Shown here one piece after another: positions 1-10,867 of a DNA stretch of 64,000 nt. The notes below the pieces were generated by a model. That model saw nothing but the letters and a program-made list of their open reading frames with translations, ran no database searches and was not told the DNA's origin. The DNA lies in the NCBI GenBank assembly GCA_035577785.1, contig DATLUZ010000052.1, positions 1,380-65,379 of the forward strand, written 5' to 3'. The DNA comes from Burkholderiales bacterium (GTDB lineage Bacteria > Pseudomonadota > Gammaproteobacteria > Burkholderiales > SG8-39). A program made the translations under genes and the position numbers. Every line of letters begins with the position of its first letter. Position 1 is the first letter of the stretch.

Positions 1-1
1 G

Positions 2-241
2 AACGCGCTCACGGTGGAGTTCAAGGACGGCAAGCGCCTTGCGGAGACCGTGGTCGAGTACCCGATCGGGCACAAGCGCCGGCGCAAGGAAGGCATGCCG
101 GTGCTGGTCGAGAAGTTCCGCACCAACCTCGCGCGCCGCTTTCCGGCCAAGCAGCAGAAGGCGATCCTGGACCTCTGCATGGATCAGGCGCGCCTGGAGC
201 AGACGCCAGTCAGCGAATTCGTGGACCTCATGGTGATATGA
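2..241 (+). CDS. prpD: 2-methylcitrate dehydratase (MmgE/PrpD family), C-terminal fragment; gene begins upstream of the window
   Basis: ORF is open to the left window edge. The tail ...VEYPIGHKRRRKEGMPVLVEKFRTNLARRFPAKQQKAILDLCMDQARLEQTPVSEFVDLMVI* matches the conserved PrpD C-terminus. An aconitase gene follows, as in methylcitrate-cycle clusters. Confidence 0.85.
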   Translation, partial: NALTVEFKDGKRLAETVVEYPIGHKRRRKEGMPVLVEKFRTNLARRFPAKQQKAILDLCMDQARLEQTPVSEFVDLMVI

Positions 242-317
242 CGCCTGAAACGCAGCCAAAAACAGCCGATTACCATCTGTTCACGCGCTGGCCGCCGCGC
301 GCGAAAATCGCCTCGCC

Positions 318-501
318 ATGAGCGCCTACCTCGAACAGCGACTCGCCCGCCTGAACGAAGAGATTCGTTCCTACCCCGGCCCGATCGCTCGCTGCGACGA
401 GCAGCTTCCTGCCCTCCTGGAAGAGCGCGCCCAAATCCTGTCTGAACTCGAAAAGAAAGGCTGCAGCGTCGATGCGCTGTGGGCCAACGATGGAGGCTGT
501 A

Positions 502-512
<11 letters not shown>
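318..512 (+). CDS. small hypothetical protein (64 aa) between prpD and acnA
   Basis: ATG ORF with GC-rich third codon positions. Its stop (510-512) overlaps the acnA start (502) by 11 nt. I recognise no family. Confidence 0.35.
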
Positions 513-3204
<2,692 letters not shown>

Positions 3205-3208
3205 ACGT

Positions 3209-4351
3209 TCAGCTTTCTCGAGGTAGCGGGCGCGCCGCGTCGTGCGGCGCGCGCCCGGTCTCGATCATGCTCTTCATGCGCATGAGGTCGGCGTCCATCT
3301 CGCTCTTGGGATCGGCGCCGAAGAGGCTCGCCACCGCATGGCCGAAGGCGCCGCCGGGGGGAACGTAGCGCAATTGCACCGTGACGCGCGTTCCGGCCCC
3401 GCTCGGCTCGAAGCGCACCAGCCCCTCGTGCTTCACCGTCGAGCCGAACACCGAGCGCCAGCGGAGGAACGCGTTGGGCTCGACCTCGACCAGCCGCGCG
3501 TTCCATTCCACGGGCACGCCGGCGGGGCCGGCGACCACCCAGTGCGACAGGTCCTCGCGCACCTGCACCTCGCGCACGTTGTGCATGAAGCGCGGGAAGT
3601 TCTGATAGTCGGTCCAGAAGGCGAACACCTTCTCGACCGGGGCCTCGACGTGGACAGTCTTGCACACCGCGATGCCGTTGCCCGCTCCCGCCAGGCCGAT
3701 GAGCGGCAGCAGGCCCTTGTTCGTGAGCGAGCGCGCCACGAGCGCCGCGCCGGTCGCGCCGAGCAGCGCACAAGCGCCGGCGCGCGCCCGCAAGGACGCC
3801 GCGAGGAGGCCCGCCCCGAACGTCCCGGCGGCGAGCCGGGCCGCTGGCGACCAGTTTTCCTGGAGCAGCTCGAAGCGCGTGCCATGGCGCGGATGTCCGC
3901 CCTGCAGCGACGACACGTGCTGCGCTTCCGCGTCCTCGTAGACCGTGAGCCGGTCGCTCACCGCCTTTACCCCCGGCACGCCGCGCACGCAGCGCAGGAG
4001 CGGGCGCACCTCCTCGGAGAGGACCGGCCCGGACAGCGTGACTAGACCGCGGTCGGCCGCGACCTCGACCGCGTGCGGGTGCGACACCACGCGGCCGAGC
4101 TCGGCGCGCACCCGCTCCACCAGCACTGCATCGGAGATCTCTTCCTGCTCGAAGAGCTTGCGCGCGGTGGCGAGCACGCCGCGAGCCCGGTGCACGGTGT
4201 CGCGCGCGGTCATCTTGCCTGCTTCGTTGATCCGCTTGCCCGCGTGCACCATCTTGTCGCGTGTCCGCGCGCGGCGACGCCGGCCTTCGTGCGGATCCAG
4301 GAAGTACATCGCGAGGGCGCCGAGCGCCCCGCCCACGAGGAGTCGGTTCAT
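3209..4351 (-). CDS. membrane-anchored BON domain / SRPBCC (cyclase-dehydrase-like) fusion protein
   Basis: N-terminal hydrophobic segment. BON-like block (VLVERVRAELGR...VTLSGPV...VPGVKAVSDRLTV). Gly/Ala-rich hydrophobic segments. C-terminal SRPBCC-like block (VHVEAPVEKVFAFWTDYQNFPRFMHNV...). Confidence 0.8.
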   Translation of the reverse strand: MNRLLVGGALGALAMYFLDPHEGRRRRARTRDKMVHAGKRINEAGKMTARDTVHRARGVLATARKLFEQEEISDAVLVERVRAELGRVVSHPHAVEVAADRGLVTLSGPVLSEEVRPLLRCVRGVPGVKAVSDRLTVYEDAEAQHVSSLQGGHPRHGTRFELLQENWSPAARLAAGTFGAGLLAASLRARAGACALLGATGAALVARSLTNKGLLPLIGLAGAGNGIAVCKTVHVEAPVEKVFAFWTDYQNFPRFMHNVREVQVREDLSHWVVAGPAGVPVEWNARLVEVEPNAFLRWRSVFGSTVKHEGLVRFEPSGAGTRVTVQLRYVPPGGAFGHAVASLFGADPKSEMDADLMRMKSMIETGRAPHDAARPLPRES

Positions 4352-4474
4352 GCTGGATTAGAAGCGCGGCGAAGAAACCCGTTCACCGCCTCGGGGTCGA
4401 AGCGCCATTTTCTGCAAGTTGCGGGCCACAAGCGGCTGGTGGAGCTCGCCAGCCTGTTCAATCCAGAAGCGCGC

Positions 4475-4657
4475 ATGGACGAGCGCGAGCTCACCACCGA
4501 CGCGCACCCGTGGTTTTACGGCACCGAACTCTTCCTCGGCGCGCTCAGGCGCTCGCTGGACAAGGAGGTCGCGAAACGGGTGGTCGACGAGCTGCCGAAG
4601 GACCTGTCCTCGCTGAAGGAGCGCGAGCTCGAGCGCTACTTCAGCAAGCGAGCCTGA
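4475..4657 (+). CDS. hypothetical small protein (60 aa)
   Basis: ATG ORF with strongly GC-biased third positions (MDERELTTDAHPWFYGTELFLGALRR...). The upstream part of listed ORF 4073-4657 is antisense to the BON gene. No family recognised. Confidence 0.4.
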   Translation: MDERELTTDAHPWFYGTELFLGALRRSLDKEVAKRVVDELPKDLSSLKERELERYFSKRA

Positions 4658-4672
4658 TTCGACCTGCTGGAA

Positions 4673-5242
4673 CTACCGGGCGCCGATCCCGGCGACGTAG
4701 TCGGCGAGAGCTTCGATGTCCTGAGGACTCAGCGCCTGAGCCGCCGAGGTCATGTTGCCGTCGATGTCGGCGCGCGTCTGCGCCTTGAAGCCCTTCAGCT
4801 GGGCGAGCACGTATTGGTACTGCTGGCCCGCGATGCGCGGGATGTGCTGCTGGCCGAGAAGCTGCGGGCCGTGGCACTGGCTGCAGTTGAACTTCTTGGC
4901 GAGGCCCGGCCCGGCGGCGGCGTTCTCCGGCTTGCTCTTGTGCTTTGGCGCGTCCGCCTTCTGCTTGGAAAAATAGGCGGCGAGCTCGTTCATCTCCGCG
5001 TTCGACAGCTTCTCGGCCATCGGCGACATCTGCGGGTCCTTGCGGTTGCCCTCGCGGAACATGAAGAGCGAGGTCGAGATGAACTGCGCCGGCTGCTGCG
5101 CGAGCGACGGCACCGCCGGGTTGGCGGAGTTGCCGCCCTCGCCGTGACAGGCGGCGCAGAGGTTGGGATCCGCCGCCTGCGCAGGTGCAAGAAACAGAAA
5201 CGCGACGGCAAATGCCGCCGCGTTTCGCTCTACGAGGCTCAA
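4673..5242 (-). CDS. diheme c-type cytochrome (cytochrome c4-like), exported
   Basis: Two heme-binding CxxCH motifs (CAACH, CSQCH). Signal peptide MSLVERNAAAFAVAFLFLAPAQA if translation starts at TTG 5242, directly after the stop of the upstream dehydrogenase. The listed start 5293 would overlap that gene. Confidence 0.85.
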   Translation of the reverse strand: MSLVERNAAAFAVAFLFLAPAQAADPNLCAACHGEGGNSANPAVPSLAQQPAQFISTSLFMFREGNRKDPQMSPMAEKLSNAEMNELAAYFSKQKADAPKHKSKPENAAAGPGLAKKFNCSQCHGPQLLGQQHIPRIAGQQYQYVLAQLKGFKAQTRADIDGNMTSAAQALSPQDIEALADYVAGIGAR

Positions 5243-5249
5243 GAAAGAC

Positions 5250-6473
5250 CTACTTGCCGTACGTGACCCGGTAGATGACGCCGTTATAGTCATCCGAAAC
5301 GAGCATCGAGCCGTCCTTCAGCACCAGCACGTCGACCGGCCGGCCCCACATCGGCGGATCGGCCTTCTCGTCCTGCAGGAAGCCGGTGAGGAAGGGCTCG
5401 GGCTTGCTCGCGTTGCCCTTCTCGTCCAGCTTGATGCGCATGACGTTGTAGCCCTGCTTGATTTCGCGGTTCCACGAGCCGTGCATCGCGATGAAGATGT
5501 TCCCCTGGTACTCGGCCGGGAACATCTTGCCGTCGTAGAACTTCAGCCCGAGCGGCGCGATGTGCGCGCCAAGGAGCTGCGCGGGCTTCGCGAACTCCGC
5601 GCACGAGTGGTACTTGCCGAAGTCCGGGTCTTGCACGTTGCCCTGGTGGCAGAACGGATAGCCGAAGTTCGGCACCGCCGCCGACTTGATCGGCACCCGG
5701 TGCAGCGTGTCGTTCGGGATGTCGTTGCCGGCCCAGTCGCGCCCGTGGTTGGTGAACCACACGTCCTTGTTCTTCGGGTTGAAGGCGATGCCCACCGAGT
5801 TGCGCACGCCCTGCGCCACGGTCTCGAGCGTCCCCTTGTTCGGGTCGACGCGCATGATCGAGGCCTCCATGTACGTCGGCATCACGATGTTGCCCGGGGC
5901 GCCGATGTTGAAGTAGAGCTTGCCGTCGGGTCCCATCGCCAGGTACTTCCAGAAATGGCCGGCCTGACGGTTCGGGTCGAGCTTGTCGACCACCACCTTC
6001 GGCTCACCCGGGTTGTCGAGCTTGCCCTCGATGCCGTCGTAGCGCAGGATGCGGCCACGCTCGGCGACGTACAGCGTGCCCTTGTTGAACACGATGCCGT
6101 TCGGCGCGTCGAGCCCTTTCAGGACCGTCTTGACCTCGCGCTTGCCGCCCTTGTCGGTCACGGCGTAGACGTTCTTCGCGTTGCGGTTGCTGACGAAGAC
6201 GGTGCCGTTGTCGCCGAGCGCCAGCGAGCGCGCCTCCGGAATGCCGTCCACCCACGCCTCGACCTTGAAGCCGGCCGGAACCTTGAGCGTGTTGACGGGC
6301 AGGTCCTTGGCCGCCCGCCCGGTCATGTGCGGCGCGAACGGATGCAGCGTGGACTCGGCCATCGCCGGCGGTTTGCCGCCGTGCCAGGACGGCGCGGGTT
6401 CCGCGGCCGGCTTGTCTTGCGCGAGCGCCGGAGCGGCGAAAGCGACAGCTGCGAGTGTTGCAACGAGCTTCAT
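5250..6473 (-). CDS. PQQ-dependent sugar dehydrogenase (soluble aldose/sorbosone dehydrogenase family), exported
   Basis: Signal peptide MKLVATLAAVAFAAPALA. Beta-propeller-type sequence resembling YliI/sGDH-like proteins (PNGIVF, GPDGKLYFNIG, VWFTNHGRDWAGNDIP, FGYPFCHQG, HIAPLGLKFY, MHGSWNR). Confidence 0.85.
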   Translation of the reverse strand: MKLVATLAAVAFAAPALAQDKPAAEPAPSWHGGKPPAMAESTLHPFAPHMTGRAAKDLPVNTLKVPAGFKVEAWVDGIPEARSLALGDNGTVFVSNRNAKNVYAVTDKGGKREVKTVLKGLDAPNGIVFNKGTLYVAERGRILRYDGIEGKLDNPGEPKVVVDKLDPNRQAGHFWKYLAMGPDGKLYFNIGAPGNIVMPTYMEASIMRVDPNKGTLETVAQGVRNSVGIAFNPKNKDVWFTNHGRDWAGNDIPNDTLHRVPIKSAAVPNFGYPFCHQGNVQDPDFGKYHSCAEFAKPAQLLGAHIAPLGLKFYDGKMFPAEYQGNIFIAMHGSWNREIKQGYNVMRIKLDEKGNASKPEPFLTGFLQDEKADPPMWGRPVDVLVLKDGSMLVSDDYNGVIYRVTYGK

Positions 6474-6503
6474 GGGAATCCTCCTCTGGGAACCGCTATT
6501 AAA

Positions 6504-7157
6504 TCACTTTTGGGCGCCGGCGCGCAGCAACGCGGCGGTGGACTGGCGACCCTCCTCCTCAGCAATTGCCGCGGCGGTCTTGCCGCGGTTGTCGCGCAAG
6601 TCGCGGTCGGCGCCGCGCGCGAGCAGGAGCGTCACCACCTCGTCCTGGCCGAAGCCGGCCGCCCACATGAGGGCGGTGAGGTCGTTGTCGTAGCGCGCAT
6701 TGACGTCCGCGCCATGATCCAACAGGGCGCCGAGCACCTGCGCATGGCCGTTGGCCGCGGCGTAGAGGACGGCGTTCTTCTTCATCCGGTCGACCGGCGC
6801 GAGGTCCGCCTTGCGCTGCAACAGGGCCTGCGTCAGCTCGAGGTTGCCGTTATAGGCGGCGCTCATCAGGGGCGTGACCCCGGCAAGATCCTTCTGGTTG
6901 ACGTCGGCGCCCCGCTCGATCAGCAGCAATCCGAGGCGAGTATGGCCATTTTTTGCCGCGATGTTGAGAGGGGTGTCGCCCAGCCGGTTGCGCGAATCGA
7001 GTACGGCACCCTGGTCCAGCAAGGTGCGAACCGTGGCTTCGTTGCCGCGGCGCGCCGCCTGCAGCAGCTCAGCGTTGACGTTGATGGCCGCCTGTTGCGC
7101 CAGCGCTGCCGTGTGCAGCGCACAAAGCAGGAGGATCAGCGGTCTCGCCGCTAGCAT
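6504..7157 (-). CDS. exported ankyrin-repeat protein
   Basis: Signal peptide MLAARPLILLLCALHTAALA, then about 5-6 ANK repeats (GDTPLNIAAKNGHTRLGLLLIERGADVN, GVTPLMSAAYNGNLELTQALL, AVLYAAANGHAQVLGALLDHGADVN, TALMWAAGFGQDEVVTLLLARGAD). Lies 30 nt upstream of the dehydrogenase gene on the same strand. Confidence 0.85.
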   Translation of the reverse strand: MLAARPLILLLCALHTAALAQQAAINVNAELLQAARRGNEATVRTLLDQGAVLDSRNRLGDTPLNIAAKNGHTRLGLLLIERGADVNQKDLAGVTPLMSAAYNGNLELTQALLQRKADLAPVDRMKKNAVLYAAANGHAQVLGALLDHGADVNARYDNDLTALMWAAGFGQDEVVTLLLARGADRDLRDNRGKTAAAIAEEEGRQSTAALLRAGAQK

Positions 7158-7158
7158 G

Positions 7159-7194
7159 CTCAGTTTCCGACTCGGTTTCCGACTCAGTTTCGAT
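7159..7194. repeat. three tandem 12-bp units CTC(A/G)GTTTCCGA (third copy degenerate) in the ankyrin/ADH divergent region
   Basis: ctcagtttccga / ctcggtttccga / ctcagtttcgat read directly. Begins 2 nt upstream of the ankyrin ATG (7157, minus strand) and ends 11 nt before a TTGACA box. Confidence 0.8.
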
Positions 7195-7205
7195 AGTGTC
7201 CGTTG

Positions 7206-7233
7206 TTGACAGAGCCGGAGCAAGGACTACACT
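7206..7233 (+). promoter_or_regulatory. candidate sigma70-type promoter for the PQQ-ADH/cytochrome operon
   Basis: TTGACA (7206-7211), 16-nt spacer, TACACT (7228-7233), 54 nt upstream of GTG 7287. Sequence match only. Confidence 0.4.
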
Positions 7234-7286
7234 CGTCGGGGCAATCACCCCCGCCCCTACAAGCCGCAAGTCCAAGGGAGATCATC

Positions 7287-9011
7287 GTGACGAAGAAGAC
7301 GAAGCGCTCTCTCGCAGTCGTCGCCGCTTCAGTATCGCTCGCGCTTGTTGCACCCGCACTGGCACAGGAAGTGAAGCAAGGCCCGGCCACGGTCGGCACC
7401 GCGGTGCCCAAGAAAGTCAACGTAACCCAGGACCAGCTTAACAGGGCCGGCGGCAACCAGACCAACTGGCTGCACACCAATGGAAACTACGCCCAGACGC
7501 GCTACTACCCGGGCGCGCGCATCACCGCGCAGAACGTCGCCAAACTGCGGCCGGTGTTCGTGTTCCAGACCGAGGTCGTCGAGTCGATGGAAACGGCCCC
7601 GATCGTGGTCGACGGCGTGATGTACCTCACCACCGCGTTCAACCACGTGTACGCGCTCGACGCGGCCACCGGCAAGGAGTTCTGGCACTACAAGCACAAG
7701 ATGGGGCCGATCACGACGTTCTGCTGCGGCCCGAACAACCGCGGCGTGGCGATCGCCGGCGGCAAGGTGTTCATGGGCACGCTCGACGCCAAGCTCGTCG
7801 CGCTGGACGCGGCGAGCGGCAAGCAGGTGTGGGAGACCCAGATCGCCGACCCGGAAAAGGGTTACAGCGAAACCATGGCGCCGACGGTGATCGACAACAA
7901 GGTCCTCATCGGCACCAACGGCGGCGAGTACGGCATCCGCGGCTTCGTCAAGGCGTATGACGCCGACAGCGGGAAGCTCCTGTGGACGTTCTATACCATT
8001 CCCGAAAAGGGCCACGAAGGCGTCTGGGCGCCGAACGACGCGACCGGCCGCAACATGAAGCGCGACCTGGCCCAGGAAAAAGCGGCGTTCGCCAAAGACG
8101 CCTCGTTCTACCAGACGCTCGGCGGCGGCGTTTGGATGAACCCGGCCATCGACCTGAAGACGCGCACGCTCTGGTTCGTAGTCGGCAATCCTTCACCCGA
8201 CCTTTACGGCACCGAGCGTCCCGGCGACAACCTGTACACCGACTCGCTGGTCGCGATCGACCTCGACAAGGGCACCTACAAGTGCCACTTCCAGTACGTG
8301 GCGCACGACGTGTGGGATCTCGACGCGGTGAGCCCGCCGATCCTCGTCGACGTCAAGGACAAGGGCGGCAAGACGATTCCGGGCGTGATCCACGGCGGCA
8401 AGACCGGGCACGTGTACGTCCACGACCGCAAGGACTGCTCGCTCATCCGCTTCTCCGAAGCGATGGTGCCGCAGGAGAACATGTGGGTCCTGCCCACCGC
8501 CGACGGTGCGCGCATGCTCCCGGGCGCGAACGGCGGCGTGGAATGGTCGCCGATGGCCTTCGATCCGAAGCACCGGCTCGCCATCGCGCTCAACCTGCAC
8601 CAGCCGATGACCTACCACGTCGAAGCCGCAAAGTACCCCGGCGGCTCGAAGCTCTGGCTCGGCGGCGCCTTCAAGGTCATCCCGAGCGAGAAGCAGTGGG
8701 GCCGCGTCGCGGCGGTGAACATCGACACCGGCAAGGTCGCGTGGAAGCACGACACGGCGCAGCCGCTGATCGGCGGCGGGCTCGCCACGGCCGGGGGTCT
8801 CTTCTTCTTCGGCGAAGGCAACGGCAGCTTCAACGCGCTCGAAACCGCGACCGGCAAGAAGCTGTGGAGCTTCAACTGCGGCGCAGGCGCGAACGCCATG
8901 CCGGTGTCCTACACCATCGGCAAGCGCCAGTACATCGCGATGGGCTGCGGCGGCAACACCCAGATCGACTTCAAGCGCGGAAACAGCGTGTTCGTGTTTT
9001 CGGTAAACTGA
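7287..9011 (+). CDS. PQQ-dependent dehydrogenase, methanol/ethanol (quinoprotein ADH) family, exported
   Basis: GTG 7287 lies 6 nt after AAGGGAG. Signal peptide [26 protein letters not shown]. Vicinal disulfide motif FCCGPNNRG. Propeller W-motifs, [18 protein letters not shown] active-site block. Confidence 0.9.
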   Translation: MTKKTKRSLAVVAASVSLALVAPALAQEVKQGPATVGTAVPKKVNVTQDQLNRAGGNQTNWLHTNGNYAQTRYYPGARITAQNVAKLRPVFVFQTEVVESMETAPIVVDGVMYLTTAFNHVYALDAATGKEFWHYKHKMGPITTFCCGPNNRGVAIAGGKVFMGTLDAKLVALDAASGKQVWETQIADPEKGYSETMAPTVIDNKVLIGTNGGEYGIRGFVKAYDADSGKLLWTFYTIPEKGHEGVWAPNDATGRNMKRDLAQEKAAFAKDASFYQTLGGGVWMNPAIDLKTRTLWFVVGNPSPDLYGTERPGDNLYTDSLVAIDLDKGTYKCHFQYVAHDVWDLDAVSPPILVDVKDKGGKTIPGVIHGGKTGHVYVHDRKDCSLIRFSEAMVPQENMWVLPTADGARMLPGANGGVEWSPMAFDPKHRLAIALNLHQPMTYHVEAAKYPGGSKLWLGGAFKVIPSEKQWGRVAAVNIDTGKVAWKHDTAQPLIGGGLATAGGLFFFGEGNGSFNALETATGKKLWSFNCGAGANAMPVSYTIGKRQYIAMGCGGNTQIDFKRGNSVFVFSVN

Positions 9012-9015
9012 TCGA

Positions 9016-9621
9016 GTGCGTTTTGCGGGATCAGGCCGCCTGCGGGCGGCCTTTTTATTTCTTCCGATATTGTCGTTCGCTCTCGGCGCGCGACCCGCGG
9101 GTGCACAGAACGTCGAAGCGGGCGCGAAGAAGGCGCAAGCCTGCTTCGCCTGCCACGGGCCCAACGGGAATTCCCCCGACGGCAAGTTCCCGATCCTCGC
9201 CGGGCAGACCGCGCGCTACCTCTACCTGCAGCTCAAGGACTTCAAGGAAGGTGGGCGCAAAGAGCCGACGATGGAGCCCTTCGTCAAGGATTTGAGCCGC
9301 GACGACATGTTCGACCTCGCCGCGTTCTTCGCCGCCCAGCGGCCGCGCCTGCCGGACTTCAAGATCGACGAAGCCCGCGCGGAGCGCGGCAAGCGCAAGG
9401 CCGACGAGACGCTGTGCACCATGTGCCATCTCGGCGCCTACCAGGGCCAGAACGAGATCCCGCGGCTCGCCTTCCAGCACTACACCTACACCGTCAAGCA
9501 GCTCCAGGATTTCAAGGCGCGCCGGCGCACCAACGACGCCGGCAACATGACCGCCGTCGCGCGCACGCTGTCCGACAGCGATATCGAGGACCTAGGTCAC
9601 TTTTTGGCGTCGCTGCGCTGA
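9016..9621 (+). CDS. diheme c-type cytochrome (c4-like), exported; probable electron acceptor of the adjacent quinoprotein
   Basis: Two CxxCH motifs (CFACH, CTMCH). Signal peptide MRFAGSGRLRAAFLFLPILSFALGA. Starts 4 nt after the ADH stop. Confidence 0.85.
   Translation: MRFAGSGRLRAAFLFLPILSFALGARPAGAQNVEAGAKKAQACFACHGPNGNSPDGKFPILAGQTARYLYLQLKDFKEGGRKEPTMEPFVKDLSRDDMFDLAAFFAAQRPRLPDFKIDEARAERGKRKADETLCTMCHLGAYQGQNEIPRLAFQHYTYTVKQLQDFKARRRTNDAGNMTAVARTLSDSDIEDLGHFLASLR
9033..9063 (+). terminator. intrinsic-terminator-like hairpin plus T-tract, located inside the first codons of the cytochrome c gene
   Basis: AGGCCGCC-tgcg-GGCGGCCT (8-bp GC stem, 4-nt loop), followed by TTTTTATTTCTT. Lies 22 nt after the ADH stop. 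Confidence 0.55.
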
Positions 9622-9854
9622 CCGCGGTCTTCCGCGAAGCATTGCTCGCGCTCCTGTCCGGTGAGCGCCTCGCAGCGGCCACGGCCCATCTCGGCAGGTC
9701 CGCTCGCGCCGGTTCCGCCAGCGGACGCGGATGTGTTTGAACTGTTTTGGGAAGTTTGCATGCCGCTGCTGCTCTTCGAGAAGGAAGAGCACGAAGAGAC
9801 GCCGAGCGCGAGCAGCGCCGCGGCCGCCGCAGCCCCGAATATCTTTACAATCAT
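9597..9854 (-). CDS. small Ser-rich lipoprotein (85 aa)
   Basis: ATG 9854 is preceded by GGAGAAGG. Lipobox-like signal MIVKIFGAAAAAALLALGVSSC. The listed longer ORF start 9968 has no RBS. Confidence 0.55.
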   Translation of the reverse strand: MIVKIFGAAAAAALLALGVSSCSSFSKSSSGMQTSQNSSNTSASAGGTGASGPAEMGRGRCEALTGQEREQCFAEDRGQRSDAKK

Positions 9855-9879
9855 CGCCTTCTCCTCTGCTGAGAACCGA

Positions 9880-10476
9880 ATGTCACGCCGCAAGACTCGT
9901 GCCCTGTACATCCTTTGGTGCCTGCTCTGGCTCGCGTGCAGCGCCGCAGCACAAGTCGATCCTTCCATCGTCGGGAAACTGCGAGAAGGCGGCCTGGTGC
10001 TCTACATGCGCCACACGTCGACGGACTTCAGCCAGAACGATGCGGCGATGACGAGCTATGAGGACTGCGCGCAGCAGCGCAATCTCACCGACAAGGGCCG
10101 CGCCGAGGCGCGCGACATCGGCGCGAACGTGAAGCGCCTCGGCATCCCGCTCGGCGAGGTGCTCGCGAGCCCGTTCTGCCGCACCATGGAAACCGCGCGC
10201 CTCGCGTTCGGCAGGGCGCAAGCGATGAACGAGGTGCGCGGCGGGCCGGCGCAGCCGCAAGACCCGCGGCGCTACGACGAGCTCAGGAAATTGCTTTCGA
10301 CGCCGGTGAAGAAAGGCGAGAACCGCGTCATCTCCAGCCACGGCAACCCGTTCCACGCCGTGGCCGGGCCACCGTACCTCGCCGAAGGCGAGATGGCCGT
10401 GGTGCGCCCCGAGGGCGGGGCGCGCTTCACGGTGATCGCCAGGGTTCGTCCGCAGGACTGGCCCGAGATCCGATGA
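9880..10476 (+). CDS. histidine phosphatase (phosphoglycerate-mutase-like) family protein, exported
   Basis: Signal peptide MSRRKTRALYILWCLLWLACSAAA. RH catalytic motif (LVLYMRHTSTD). Later SSHGNP block typical of branch-1 histidine phosphatases. Confidence 0.75.
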   Translation: MSRRKTRALYILWCLLWLACSAAAQVDPSIVGKLREGGLVLYMRHTSTDFSQNDAAMTSYEDCAQQRNLTDKGRAEARDIGANVKRLGIPLGEVLASPFCRTMETARLAFGRAQAMNEVRGGPAQPQDPRRYDELRKLLSTPVKKGENRVISSHGNPFHAVAGPPYLAEGEMAVVRPEGGARFTVIARVRPQDWPEIR

Positions 10477-10867
10477 AGCGACGCACCAGGGCGCCGGAGC
10501 CCAGTCGCGACAAGGCCTGACGCCGCCGCGCGACGCAGCGATAGAGCGGGTTCAGGAGCGGCCGCAGGCCGCGCGCCCCCCAGAATCGCGCCGCCCGCTC
10601 GAGGCCGGCGGCGCGGTATGCGGCTTCAATTGCATCGAGCGCCGCCAGCCATCGACCGTGGGCGTCGCGCGCGTGCATCCGCGTCATGAGGTCCGAACGA
10701 GTGATACCCGTGCCGGCGAGGACCTCCGCGTCGAACTCCGCAGCCGAGCAGTCGACGAGCACGAGTCGCGACTCGCGATCGCGCTCTTTCAGCGCCAGGA
10801 TCTCGCTCGCGCACATCGGGCACGAGGCGTCGTAGAAAACCGTCAGCGGATAGCGGATGGCTTTCAC
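10427..10867 (-). CDS. thiol-disulfide oxidoreductase, DCC family (DUF393)
   Basis: N-terminal VFYDASCPMCASE motif (CxxC) characteristic of DUF393/DCC proteins. GTG 10867 overlaps the stop of the upstream paralogue (GTGA). Confidence 0.75.
   Translation of the reverse strand: MKAIRYPLTVFYDASCPMCASEILALKERDRESRLVLVDCSAAEFDAEVLAGTGITRSDLMTRMHARDAHGRWLAALDAIEAAYRAAGLERAARFWGARGLRPLLNPLYRCVARRRQALSRLGSGALVRRFIGSRASPADEPWRSP

Noticed and set aside
5163-7154. 663-aa plus-strand ORF over the sugar dehydrogenase and ankyrin genes
   Set aside because: It is antisense to two genes with clear signal peptides and family motifs, and has no domain signature of its own.
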